This document shows, piece by piece, positions 49,360 to 58,968 of a stretch of 64,000 nucleotides of DNA. A program made the position numbers and the translations under genes. The notes beneath the pieces are model-generated. The model was not told the DNA's origin, made no database searches, and saw only the letters and a program-made list of their open reading frames with translations. The stretch is from the IMG/VR virus record IMGVR_UViG_3300021961_000050, positions 1 to 64,000 of that record, one strand, 5' to 3'. This stretch comes from a virus. Within the stretch, counting starts at the first letter, position 1; each line of letters starts with the position of its first letter.

Positions 49360-50748
49360 ATGTCGTACATCATAAGAAAAACTAACGGAACAACATTAGG
49401 AACTATATTAGACGGTACCTTAGATACTGCGGCTACTAGTTTATCGTTAGTAGGTAGAAATTATAGCAACTATGGTCAGGTAATGACTGACAACCTAGTG
49501 TCAATGGTTGAAAATTTTGCTTATAACATATCACCAAGTAATCCTTTAGCTGGACAGTTATGGTACGACACTGGAACATCTAGATTAAAAGTATATACAG
49601 GTACACAGTTTAAAAACGTAGGTAGTTGTCAAGCAGAAATTAGTGCACCAATAACAACGGTAGCGGGTGACTTATGGTGGGACACTATAGAAGAACAGTT
49701 ATATGTCTATAACGGTACTACACCATACGCAGTGGCTGGATGGATTCTAGTAGGACCTAAATATAAAAAGACAAAAGGTATAAGCACTGCCCAATGGGAA
49801 CAGATTACAGATAGTTTATCAACAGTACATGATGTTGTATCAATTTACTTAAATGGTACAAGAACAGCAATTATTAGTAGAGACAGTGAATTTACTCCTC
49901 AAACAACTATCTCTGGTTTTACTACTATTAAAACTGGACACAATTTATCATCTGCACAGACACTTTGGGGTACAGCAAACAACGCATCCTATCTAGGTGG
50001 TGTACCTGCCGCAAATTATCTTAGAGCAGATGCAAATGATACCACTACAGGTTCTTTAGGTATTATTAATGACAGTGGTCTAACAGTTGGTGCTGGAAGT
50101 GATCTAACATTAACAGTTTCAGGAACAACAGCTGAAATTAGAAACGTTAGTTTAAATTCAGACATAGTGTTCTATACAAATATTTCCAGTACAGACACTG
50201 CGGTATTAACTGTTGATGGTAGCACAGGAAAAATAACAGTTGCTAGTGATCCAACAACTAACTTGGGTATTGCTACTAAACAATATGTTGACAACAGTTT
50301 TGTAGATTCAGTGTTAGGTGGTGTACCAACTACCACAACAATGCCTGAATTAACAGCAAATACCAGTGTTGCTACCACAGAATTTGTGATTAACAATTCA
50401 GGTTTCTTAAAGAATAAAATTTATGATGGTGGAAATGCTAATGTAGCAACAACATTCTTTACTGTGGTTGACACAGGAACGGGTTATGCTAATTTAGCAA
50501 TAGATGATACCAGTGTATTAACTGCTACATCCGACGGAGTTAATTTACTAAATGGTGCTACTGCGGTAACACAAACAGATTCTTATTTAAGTAGTGGTAA
50601 CGCTAGGGTAGCAACAACACAATTTGTTAAAACTGCTACACAATGGTGGGATGGCAGTGCTAAATTTGTTAGCACAGATGAGCCTGAAGCAGGTGTTAAT
50701 GATGCTGGATCAAATGATGGTGATTTTTGGTTCCAACGCGAAGCATAG
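49360..50748 (+). CDS. Short tail fibre-like protein
   Basis: LVGRNYSNYG..ENFA...P.NPLAGQLWYD N-terminus, ATKQYVD and VATTEFV fibre repeats; paralogous to the next gene. Confidence 0.7.
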   Translation: MSYIIRKTNGTTLGTILDGTLDTAATSLSLVGRNYSNYGQVMTDNLVSMVENFAYNISPSNPLAGQLWYDTGTSRLKVYTGTQFKNVGSCQAEISAPITTVAGDLWWDTIEEQLYVYNGTTPYAVAGWILVGPKYKKTKGISTAQWEQITDSLSTVHDVVSIYLNGTRTAIISRDSEFTPQTTISGFTTIKTGHNLSSAQTLWGTANNASYLGGVPAANYLRADANDTTTGSLGIINDSGLTVGAGSDLTLTVSGTTAEIRNVSLNSDIVFYTNISSTDTAVLTVDGSTGKITVASDPTTNLGIATKQYVDNSFVDSVLGGVPTTTTMPELTANTSVATTEFVINNSGFLKNKIYDGGNANVATTFFTVVDTGTGYANLAIDDTSVLTATSDGVNLLNGATAVTQTDSYLSSGNARVATTQFVKTATQWWDGSAKFVSTDEPEAGVNDAGSNDGDFWFQREA

Positions 50749-50790
50749 CATTTAAGATAAATAAAGTTATAGTTTAAGGTGTAAACAAAT

Positions 50791-52257
50791 ATGGCATATA
50801 CAATTACAACAACGGCAGGAACAGCAATAGCAACCGTTTCAGACGGTACCGTTAATACTACGGCAACCAATCTAACACTTATTGGTAAAAACTATGCTGG
50901 TTACGGTGTGTTTCTTAATGAAAATTATATCAAACTACTTGAAAACTTTTCAAATGGCTCAGCACCAAGTACTCCTTTAAAAGGCCAATTGTGGTATGAT
51001 GCTAACAACAGTGTTTTAAAAGTTTACAGTGGAACACAATGGAAACCAATTTCAAGTTCTGCCACTGGCGGAACTGCACCAACAGGTCCTGTTATTGGCG
51101 ACTTATGGTGGGATACTGCTAATGCTCAATTGAAAGTGTGGAGTGGTTCAACCTGGGTTATTGTTGGTCCAGCATATACTTCAACATCAGGAACATCAGG
51201 TGGCTTAGTAGAAACAATATTAGATAATGTTTCAGGTAGCCATGTTGTTGTTAGATTTTATGTTTCTAACACCACAGTAGGCATTATCAGTAAAGACGCA
51301 ACATTTACTCCATTAACTAGTGTTCCAGGCTTTTCTACTATCAAACCTGGATTTAATCTTGTAAGTTCTAGCACAATTACAGGTGCTCAGTTTACAGGTG
51401 ATGCTAGTAACGCATTAACACTTAACAATTTAACATCAGGACAATTTTTACGTAGTGATACTAACATCACAACATCTTATACACTTGACGTGGTTAATAA
51501 CACTGGTCTAACAGTAGGTGGATCAAGTGACTTTAATATTGGTGTTAGTGGCGGAGTTGTTAAATTAACAAACACAGTTAATAACAGTGATTTAGATATT
51601 GTTGTTAATAAAGGTAGTACACTTACACAGGCTATCACTATTGATGGATCAACAGCCGCAGTTACAGTCCCTGAGGATTTTAACGTAGGCGGAGATGTTG
51701 CAGTTATAGGCACCTTAGGTGTTACAGGTACAACATCATGCAGTACATTAACAGTTTCAAGCACATTTACTCCAACAGCTAATGCGTCAATTAACATTGG
51801 ATCTACCAGTAGTAGATGGAACTTAGTCTACGCACAGAGTTTTGTTGGAACTTCAGTTCAAGCACAATATGCTGACTTGGCAGAACGTTTTGAATCAGAT
51901 CATAGTTATCCAGCTGGCACAGTGGTTGAAATTGGTGGCACTAAAGAAATTACATCAGCAGTTCATGACCTTAGTGAATCTGTATTTGGTGTGATAAGTA
52001 CTAGAGCGGCATTTTTAATGAATGGTGAAGCTGGTACTGATGCAACGCATCCAGCTGTGGCAGTCAATGGAAGAGTTCCAGTTAGAGTAATTGGAAAAGT
52101 TAAGAAAGGTGATCGTTTAGTTTCAGCAGGGCGTGGACTTGCAAGATCAGCAACTAGAGACGAACTAACACCATTCAATGTTATTGGACGTGCTTTAGAG
52201 AATAAAACTTCAGATGCTGAAGGTATGATAGAAGCAATAGTTAAATTAAATTCATAG
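50791..52257 (+). CDS. Tail fibre-like protein with C-terminal intramolecular chaperone/peptidase-like domain
   Basis: Same N-terminal module (LIGKNYAGYG..ENFS..PLKGQLWYD); C-terminal AQYADLAERF...GRVPVRVIGKVKKGDRLVS. Confidence 0.7.
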   Translation: MAYTITTTAGTAIATVSDGTVNTTATNLTLIGKNYAGYGVFLNENYIKLLENFSNGSAPSTPLKGQLWYDANNSVLKVYSGTQWKPISSSATGGTAPTGPVIGDLWWDTANAQLKVWSGSTWVIVGPAYTSTSGTSGGLVETILDNVSGSHVVVRFYVSNTTVGIISKDATFTPLTSVPGFSTIKPGFNLVSSSTITGAQFTGDASNALTLNNLTSGQFLRSDTNITTSYTLDVVNNTGLTVGGSSDFNIGVSGGVVKLTNTVNNSDLDIVVNKGSTLTQAITIDGSTAAVTVPEDFNVGGDVAVIGTLGVTGTTSCSTLTVSSTFTPTANASINIGSTSSRWNLVYAQSFVGTSVQAQYADLAERFESDHSYPAGTVVEIGGTKEITSAVHDLSESVFGVISTRAAFLMNGEAGTDATHPAVAVNGRVPVRVIGKVKKGDRLVSAGRGLARSATRDELTPFNVIGRALENKTSDAEGMIEAIVKLNS

Positions 52258-52269
52258 GAATAGAGAGAT

Positions 52270-53211
52270 ATGGCATACGCACAAGGCGATTTAATTTTAG
52301 ATGATCATTATAATACCTTTGCAACAGGTAATGCAGACGGTACTACTAACCATGCTGTGGCAAATATTAACACTGTATGGGGTGTAGGTAATGGCAACAA
52401 AGGATATGGTCAGACATCAACGTTAAGTGCAGTCAGTGCAGGTAGTACTGTCACAGCAACTCAATGGTCAACTATGATTTCAAGACTAAATTCAATCTTA
52501 ACACACCAAAGTGGCGCAGGATCAGGATTAGGCTTACCAACTGCTGGTAGTACAATTACATATCTGTCAACATTGTCAACTAACGTTACCAATGCTTTTA
52601 ATAACAGATTAAATTTTACCACACGTGGTACTGCTAGTACAACCAACTATGATGGTACTTGGAACGTTGCGGCTCCAACAACCTTTTCACAAAGTAGAAC
52701 AGTAACATTTGCTAGTTCAGATCAAGCAAGATACTTTTTTAATGCAGGTGGACGTGTTGCTATAGTATTAAGTAGTCCAAGTGGCGGTGCAGATACTGCT
52801 AAAGAACAATCAATTACTGCTTTAGCAAACTCTGTTGGTACATTGTATATAGATCAAAGTACCAGTGGTAGAACAGGATCTGGCCAGACATTAAGTGTCA
52901 ATGGTTCAAGTATTGGATTTTGGGATTTAACAACATCAAATCAAACACTGATAACATTGACCTGTACCAATGCTAACTACACAACAAACACAGTTACTAT
53001 AGCGGCTCGTTGCACTGGAACGGCAGGTTCAAACGGTGGTATTGGTAATGTAATCACATTTGATATTACCTACAACGATGCGGCCAATGATGGTGCATGG
53101 AATGATGCGATTAACATGGTGTTAAGAGCGGCTGTTCAAATTACACCCCCAGAAACTACAAACTTAACCAATGTTTGGGGCACAGTGACTCCAGCGGCCA
53201 CAGCAAACTAG
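52270..53211 (+). CDS. Virion structural protein
   Basis: T/S/G/A-rich 313-aa ORF with GYGQ and ARYFFNAGG motifs; last gene before a terminator. Confidence 0.6.
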   Translation: MAYAQGDLILDDHYNTFATGNADGTTNHAVANINTVWGVGNGNKGYGQTSTLSAVSAGSTVTATQWSTMISRLNSILTHQSGAGSGLGLPTAGSTITYLSTLSTNVTNAFNNRLNFTTRGTASTTNYDGTWNVAAPTTFSQSRTVTFASSDQARYFFNAGGRVAIVLSSPSGGADTAKEQSITALANSVGTLYIDQSTSGRTGSGQTLSVNGSSIGFWDLTTSNQTLITLTCTNANYTTNTVTIAARCTGTAGSNGGIGNVITFDITYNDAANDGAWNDAINMVLRAAVQITPPETTNLTNVWGTVTPAATAN

Positions 53212-53240
53212 TTGACAGACTAACTTATTTGTTATATAAT
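53212..53240 (+). promoter_or_regulatory. Consensus sigma70 promoter for the modification operon
   Basis: TTGACA (53212-53217), 17 nt, TATAAT (53235-53240): a perfect match. Confidence 0.75.
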
Positions 53241-53267
53241 AAAAGGCACTTCGGTGCTTTTTATTTT
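53241..53267 (+). terminator. Rho-independent terminator ending the tail operon
   Basis: aaaaggcac-TTCG-gtgcttttt (cUUCGg loop) followed by a T-rich tail. Confidence 0.8.
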
Positions 53268-53296
53268 GGTTGAATTTCTAGAAGATAATTATATGT

Positions 53297-53611
53297 ATGA
53301 ACACTGTTGATCAATTAGTTGAAGAAATTAAGTTAGCCACGGATTATCAAACTAACAAAAAAATTCTTAAAGAAAAGATTCTAACAGATCTGCACATGAC
53401 TTATAATGGCGGACTCTTTAAGATTACTCCTGAGATATTGGCCTTTGTAACTACTTGGCCTGACGATGAATTGTTCTTAGAAGATGTCTACGAAAATCCT
53501 ATAAAAATTAATAAATTAGAATTTTTAGATCTATCTCGTCAGCATTATCAACAGACAATGAATACTTGGCATATAGAACATGAAAAAATCAAACGAATTA
53601 GAAAGGTCTAG
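53297..53611 (+). CDS. Hypothetical protein
   Basis: 104-aa ORF, first gene of an overlapping operon. Confidence 0.6.
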   Translation: MNTVDQLVEEIKLATDYQTNKKILKEKILTDLHMTYNGGLFKITPEILAFVTTWPDDELFLEDVYENPIKINKLEFLDLSRQHYQQTMNTWHIEHEKIKRIRKV

Positions 53612-54365
53612 AGGGGTTCTACTATTTGCATCTAATACAGAAACAGTTGACTATGTAAAAATAGCAAATAGATCAGCAAAATTAATAGAACATTTCTTAA
53701 ACGTACCTGTAACCATAGTATCTAATCAAACAACAAGTGCCAATAAAAGATTTTCAATTGACTCAGGCACATTTGAGCAATGGAATAATTTAGATCGTTA
53801 CATGGCCTATCAGTTAAGTCCCTATGATCAAACTTTGTTGTTAGATTCTGACTATCTTGTTCTTGACAAGAATCTGCTGAAACTTTTTGATGTTGTTAAT
53901 GATTACATCATTCCATTTAATAACATTAACATTGATAATTTGACAATGCCTAAAGACACCATGGGAACACACAGTTTGCCATTTCTTTGGGCTACGATTG
54001 TAGCATTTAATAAAACAGACAAAACAGAAAAACTATTTGATTTGGTAAAGCGTGTACAAAAGAATTTTAAATATTATACCAAACTTTATAACATTAAAAA
54101 TACCAATTACAGAAATGACTATGCCTTCGCCATAGCAGACAATATCATCAACGGATACACACAAGATTGCAGGCATTATCTACCATGGACTATGTTAACC
54201 GTGTCAAATAAAATTAAATCAATGCGAATTGAGGATGGATTAATTAAGATCAAAGAACAAGATAAAGCTCTGGTATCCCCCTTACAAAGCCTTCATATTA
54301 TGAGCAAACAATGGTTGTTGTCAGACGAATGTGAACAATTTATCAATGAGGCCATCAATGGATAG
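53580..54365 (+). CDS. Glycosyltransferase-like protein (GT-A, DxD)
   Basis: GVLLFA..VDY, AYQLSPYDQTLLLDSDY and YRNDYAFAIA, resembling the GT8/mannosyltransferase-like fold. Confidence 0.6.
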   Translation: MKKSNELERSRGVLLFASNTETVDYVKIANRSAKLIEHFLNVPVTIVSNQTTSANKRFSIDSGTFEQWNNLDRYMAYQLSPYDQTLLLDSDYLVLDKNLLKLFDVVNDYIIPFNNINIDNLTMPKDTMGTHSLPFLWATIVAFNKTDKTEKLFDLVKRVQKNFKYYTKLYNIKNTNYRNDYAFAIADNIINGYTQDCRHYLPWTMLTVSNKIKSMRIEDGLIKIKEQDKALVSPLQSLHIMSKQWLLSDECEQFINEAING

Positions 54366-55176
54366 ATTTAAACAACAACAGGGTTTTCTAACCATTGCAC
54401 AAAATACAACGGTTGATTATTTAAATTTAGCATATCACCAGGCTAAATCAATAAAACAAACACAAAAGATCAATAATTATGCAGTACTAGTTGATCAAAA
54501 GACATTTGAACAAGTCACTGACCTACATAGAACAGTGTTTGATTATGTTATTCTGATAGAAAATGATCAAGCAGAAAATGATCTTTGGAAACTGCGTAAT
54601 GAGTGGCAGGTTTTCAATCTCACACCATTTAAAGAAACCATTAAATTAGAAAGTGATTTAGTTTTTACAAGATCTGTTGATCATTGGTGGACTGCGTTAA
54701 GATTAAAAGATGTTTGTCTCAGTTACCAATGTAAGAATTTTCAAGGACAAACAGTACCCAAATCAAGATACAGAAAATTGTTTTATGATAATGATTTACC
54801 AGATGTTTATAACGGTATGATGTATTTTCGTTATAGTCAAACTGCGGCAGATTTTTTTAGGACTGCCAGAAAGATCTATGAAGAATGGCCCACAGTTACT
54901 AAAAATTTATTGAATTGTTCAGACAAAGAACCTACCACTGATGTGGTTTATAGTTTAACAGCAAAACTTTTAGGTAAAGAAAATTTTTACGTTCCAAGTT
55001 TAGATTTTTTTAATTTTGTACACATGAAACCACAAATACAAAATTGGTCAGATCACCAATGTTGGACAGACTATGTGTTAGTTGAACAAGATAATGCCAT
55101 GTTAAGAATTAATAACACCAATCAATACTATCCTGTTCACTATTATGAAAAGGACCTATTTAATGTCCAAAGCTGA
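54358..55176 (+). CDS. Glycosyltransferase-like paralogue (ExD in place of DxD)
   Basis: GFLTIAQN..VDYL, VFNLTPFKETIKLESDL, LPDVYNGMMYF and FVHMKP. Start at 54358 preferred over 54331. Confidence 0.55.
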   Translation: MDRFKQQQGFLTIAQNTTVDYLNLAYHQAKSIKQTQKINNYAVLVDQKTFEQVTDLHRTVFDYVILIENDQAENDLWKLRNEWQVFNLTPFKETIKLESDLVFTRSVDHWWTALRLKDVCLSYQCKNFQGQTVPKSRYRKLFYDNDLPDVYNGMMYFRYSQTAADFFRTARKIYEEWPTVTKNLLNCSDKEPTTDVVYSLTAKLLGKENFYVPSLDFFNFVHMKPQIQNWSDHQCWTDYVLVEQDNAMLRINNTNQYYPVHYYEKDLFNVQS

Positions 55177-55528
55177 AGAAGAATTTTTAAAGGCCATGCG
55201 GGAATATATTCCGCCATTGGTTAAACCTGATGAGTACCGTGCCTATTATGATGAAAATGGTTGGATTATATTCTTTGCGGCTAACCAATTTCCTCCAGAG
55301 GGTAATTGGATTAACATTGATAAAGATCTATATATCACACATAATTGGACTAACCTTAAAGTCATTGACAATGCTATCAAAAAGGTTGAAATTGACACCA
55401 GTTTTCGTGTACAATTAATTAAGAGTGATCATGGATTTAGGACTGTTCAAAATCATGCTGGTTTAATCTTAGAAGAAGACGAGGAATATTCTGATGTAGA
55501 CTACTATGACATCAGAAAAAACATATAA
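55163..55528 (+). CDS. Hypothetical protein
   Basis: Overlaps both neighbours in the operon; start at 55163 preferred over 55145. Confidence 0.55.
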   Translation: MSKAEEEFLKAMREYIPPLVKPDEYRAYYDENGWIIFFAANQFPPEGNWINIDKDLYITHNWTNLKVIDNAIKKVEIDTSFRVQLIKSDHGFRTVQNHAGLILEEDEEYSDVDYYDIRKNI

Positions 55529-56421
55529 TGACACAAATCATTGACATCGCAGATTTAGACTGCGTTTATCTCAGTTATGATGAGCCCAAAAAGGAAGAGT
55601 TTTGGATTAAAATTCAAAATATGGTACCTTGGGCAAAACGTGTAGATGGAGTAAAAGGTTCAGATGCCGCACACAAAGCCGCGGCCAATGCCAGTGACAC
55701 TGATCGTTTTATACTGATAGATGGTGATAACTTGCCTGACGCTAACTTTTTTAATCTACAGTTAACTTTGGATGATTCTAATAGAGATTCAGTATTTCGT
55801 TGGCGAGCAAAAAATGCAATAAACGGACTACAATATGGCAATGGAGGATTAAGTTGTTGGACCAAAGAGTTTATCTATAACATGCGTACACATGAAAACA
55901 CAGATGGTAAGGAAGAAAATGATGTAGAGTTTTGTTTTTATCCTAACTATTGGGCCATGCACGACTGTTATTCAACTACATACCCCAACCAGACTCCATT
56001 CCAAGCATGGCGAGCAGGATTCCGTGAAGGTGTTAAAATGAGTCTAAACAGAGGACGTAAGCCTACGGTGGAAGAATTTAAACAGCAGGTTCATGCACGT
56101 AACTATGATCATTTATGTATTTGGCAGACAGTAGGGGCAGACGTTGACAATGGATTTTATTCTATCTATGGTGCCAGATTAGGCACACATCTAACCATGT
56201 TAGAAGATTGGAATTATCAGTTAGTACAGGACTTTGATGAGTTAGCTTTGATGTGGCCTACTTTTCAAGATGCCACGCCTGATCATTGTAAGAATCTAGG
56301 AGAAAGTCTACGTACCTGTTTGGGATTAGACATAGTAGACATGGATCCAGAAGAAAGCAAATTTTTTAAACATCATTACAAAAGTAACTTTCATAATAAA
56401 GGTATAATGCTACGTGAGTAA
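55528..56421 (+). CDS. Glycosyltransferase-like (GT-A) protein
   Basis: LSYDEP, RVDGVKGSDAAHKAAA, FILIDGDN (DxD), NGLQYGNGG and AWRAGFREGVKM. Confidence 0.55.
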   Translation: MTQIIDIADLDCVYLSYDEPKKEEFWIKIQNMVPWAKRVDGVKGSDAAHKAAANASDTDRFILIDGDNLPDANFFNLQLTLDDSNRDSVFRWRAKNAINGLQYGNGGLSCWTKEFIYNMRTHENTDGKEENDVEFCFYPNYWAMHDCYSTTYPNQTPFQAWRAGFREGVKMSLNRGRKPTVEEFKQQVHARNYDHLCIWQTVGADVDNGFYSIYGARLGTHLTMLEDWNYQLVQDFDELALMWPTFQDATPDHCKNLGESLRTCLGLDIVDMDPEESKFFKHHYKSNFHNKGIMLRE

Positions 56422-57259
56422 GCCTATATTACCTTTTCTTGAAACTATGATTACACAGGTTTGTAATATCAGCTGTCTAGGTTGTACAAACTACAGTGAT
56501 CTGACACACCAAGGATACGTTAGTTGGCAACAGGGTAAAGAATGGTTAGAGCCATGGCTAAGCAGGATAGATATTCCTGACTTTGGCATCATGGGAGGTG
56601 AGCCTTTGATTAATCCTGAAGTTGAGCATTGGATCTTAGGTATCAGACAGTTAATGCCTAAGACACAGATAAGATTTACTACTAATGCTTTGTTGTTAGA
56701 AAAGAAATGGCATCTAGTAGATCTAATGTCAGAACTTGGTAATTGTGTACTTAAAATAACAGTGCATGAAAACAATCCTGTGATTGAACAAACTATAGAA
56801 AAGATATTTAACAGTTATGATTGGAAACCTGTTACTGAGTATGGCATTGATAGATATGTCACTGATAAAGATTTTAAGTTTCAAATTAATAGACCAAAGA
56901 CCTTTATTAAATCTTACAAAAATAATTATGCTAACATGATGCCATATTCAAGTGACCCTGTAAAGGCATTTGAAATATGCTGTCAAAAAAATTGCCCTTT
57001 ACTTTACCAAGGACGTATCTATAAATGTAGCACTAGTGGGCTATTGAAGGAAACTTTAGAAAGATTTGGTAATCCAAATTTTGAACAGTGGAAAGATTAT
57101 GTAACTGATGGTATTGGGTTTGATTGTACCAATTCTGAACTAGCAACATTTATAAACAACTTTGAAAAACCTGAGCAGATCTGTAGAATGTGCCCTACTG
57201 TAGATGATTCTGCTACTATAGATCATTATGCTACAGTAACAAGGGGAAAATATGCTTAG
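56414..57259 (+). CDS. Radical SAM protein
   Basis: CNISCLGC, GGEPLINP, TTNA; C-terminal C..C.LLYQGRIYKC...CRMC auxiliary cluster. Confidence 0.9.
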   Translation: MSKPILPFLETMITQVCNISCLGCTNYSDLTHQGYVSWQQGKEWLEPWLSRIDIPDFGIMGGEPLINPEVEHWILGIRQLMPKTQIRFTTNALLLEKKWHLVDLMSELGNCVLKITVHENNPVIEQTIEKIFNSYDWKPVTEYGIDRYVTDKDFKFQINRPKTFIKSYKNNYANMMPYSSDPVKAFEICCQKNCPLLYQGRIYKCSTSGLLKETLERFGNPNFEQWKDYVTDGIGFDCTNSELATFINNFEKPEQICRMCPTVDDSATIDHYATVTRGKYA

Positions 57260-58229
57260 TCTAGCATTAAGAGATAATCTTCCCTGGGATCAAGATTTAG
57301 TTTGGACGTATCTTTACCAACAATTAGAATCAGATATGCCTATCACAATAGATATTTGTCCTGAGGCTTGTTGTCTAAGATCTGCTGGTGTTTATGATTT
57401 GCTTGACAAATTTTGTGTTACTGTTGGATACAATAAAACCATTACAATTAAAACTGCTAATATGATCGAGTATCATTCAATTTACAAAATAGAACGGAAC
57501 GCAGGTAGTTGGTATGAACTTCCTTTACTACAACAATGGTTGAAAGATAATCCAATTATATATACAACTACTCCTTCAAAAATGTTTGGATGCTTTAACA
57601 GTAGAAATCACTGGTCAAGACTTTGGTTGTCAACAATCTTATACAATTACTATAAAGAAAAATCTTTATTAACCTACCACTATGATGGTACCGTTATAAA
57701 TTTTAACTACGATCTCTATATAGGTATTGACGATTTGATTAAAAGAGACTGTGAGCAAATTACACAGGCCTACAACTTTTTACAAAACTGTCCGTTGACA
57801 TTAGATCAGATAAATGAATATCCTATACAGCATCCTGCTAATATGTCATTGTTAAAATTTTATCAAGATCTATTTGTTGATATTGTATCTGAAACAAATG
57901 TTGCAGGGAATAGTTTTCTAGTTACTGAAAAAACCTGGCGTTCAATTATATCTAAAAGACCATTTATTGTGATGTCAAATCAGGGATTCTTACACCATTT
58001 AAAAAAATTAGGATTTAAAACATTTGATTTTTATTGGTCAGAAGAGTATGATCAAAACTCTGATAAAAATAGAATAAAACATATTATTGATTTATTAGAT
58101 CAACTGTCTAAACTAACATTGGTCCAAGTTGAAGAAATGTTGAAAGACATGGATGATATTTTAGAACACAATCTATCAGTGTTTAACAGTTTGTCTTTTG
58201 GTAGACTCAATGAGATTTTCAATGGATAG
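57252..58229 (+). CDS. Hypothetical protein, possibly GT-B-like glycosyltransferase
   Basis: FVDIVSET..LVTEKTWRSI..RPFIV..LKKLGFKTF..WSEEYD, reminiscent of the C-terminal TEK region of GT10-like enzymes. Confidence 0.45.
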   Translation: MLSLALRDNLPWDQDLVWTYLYQQLESDMPITIDICPEACCLRSAGVYDLLDKFCVTVGYNKTITIKTANMIEYHSIYKIERNAGSWYELPLLQQWLKDNPIIYTTTPSKMFGCFNSRNHWSRLWLSTILYNYYKEKSLLTYHYDGTVINFNYDLYIGIDDLIKRDCEQITQAYNFLQNCPLTLDQINEYPIQHPANMSLLKFYQDLFVDIVSETNVAGNSFLVTEKTWRSIISKRPFIVMSNQGFLHHLKKLGFKTFDFYWSEEYDQNSDKNRIKHIIDLLDQLSKLTLVQVEEMLKDMDDILEHNLSVFNSLSFGRLNEIFNG

Positions 58230-58968
58230 ACTGTTTACCTTTGGTTGTAGTTTTACAAAATATTGTTGGCCAACTTGGGCTGACATCTTAGCACAATCAG
58301 CTGAGCATTATGAAAACTGGGCAACTCCTGGTGGAGGCAATCAATACATTTTTAACAGTTTGATAGAATGTCATAAACGAAATAGTCTGACTGCCAACGA
58401 CACCGTAATTATAATGTGGACCAGTATCAGTCGTGAAGATAGATATATTAGAGACAAAGGATGGTTAACACCTGGTAGTATCTTCAATCAAACAGACTAT
58501 GATAAAAATTTTGTAAAAAATCTAGCAGATCCATATGGTTATTTGATTAGAGATCTAGCAATCATATCAGCTACACGCATGATATTAGATCAAATTGGAT
58601 GCCAATGGCACTTTTTATCAATGGTACCTATAGAATATCATGATGACAGTACATATTTTAAGAAAGATCTAAAGATTACAAAAGAAATTAAAGATTTATA
58701 TCAGATAGAACTTGATCTGATTAAACCTAGTGTGTTTGACACAGTGTTTAATGGGGATTGGTCCAGCAGAAAACATCTAAAACCACAGGTTGATGATAAT
58801 CACCCTACGCCTGGTGAACATTTAATTTACTTAAATACAATACTGCCTCAATATAATATTAGTAATGACACAGTTAATTTGGTTAAGTTGAGCGACCAAA
58901 TTGTATTAGACAATCTGCCATTTGATTGGCAGGGTTGGAAATTAAATCAATTAGGAATGAGATTCTAA
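58222..58968 (+). CDS. SGNH/GDSL-hydrolase-like protein
   Basis: LFTFGCSFT (block I), GGGN, IIMWT and C-terminal DNHP (DxH). Start at 58222 preferred over 58198. Confidence 0.6.
   Translation: MDRLFTFGCSFTKYCWPTWADILAQSAEHYENWATPGGGNQYIFNSLIECHKRNSLTANDTVIIMWTSISREDRYIRDKGWLTPGSIFNQTDYDKNFVKNLADPYGYLIRDLAIISATRMILDQIGCQWHFLSMVPIEYHDDSTYFKKDLKITKEIKDLYQIELDLIKPSVFDTVFNGDWSSRKHLKPQVDDNHPTPGEHLIYLNTILPQYNISNDTVNLVKLSDQIVLDNLPFDWQGWKLNQLGMRF

Noticed and set aside
34696-52646. Numerous 60-110 aa ORFs inside the giant and fibre genes
   Set aside because: They are nested antisense or alternate-frame ORFs expected from codon bias, with no RBS or motif support.
47162-53211. Diversity-generating retroelement or invertase-type fibre switching
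   Set aside because: No reverse transcriptase, recombinase, template/variable repeat pair or inverted crossover sites were seen in this window.
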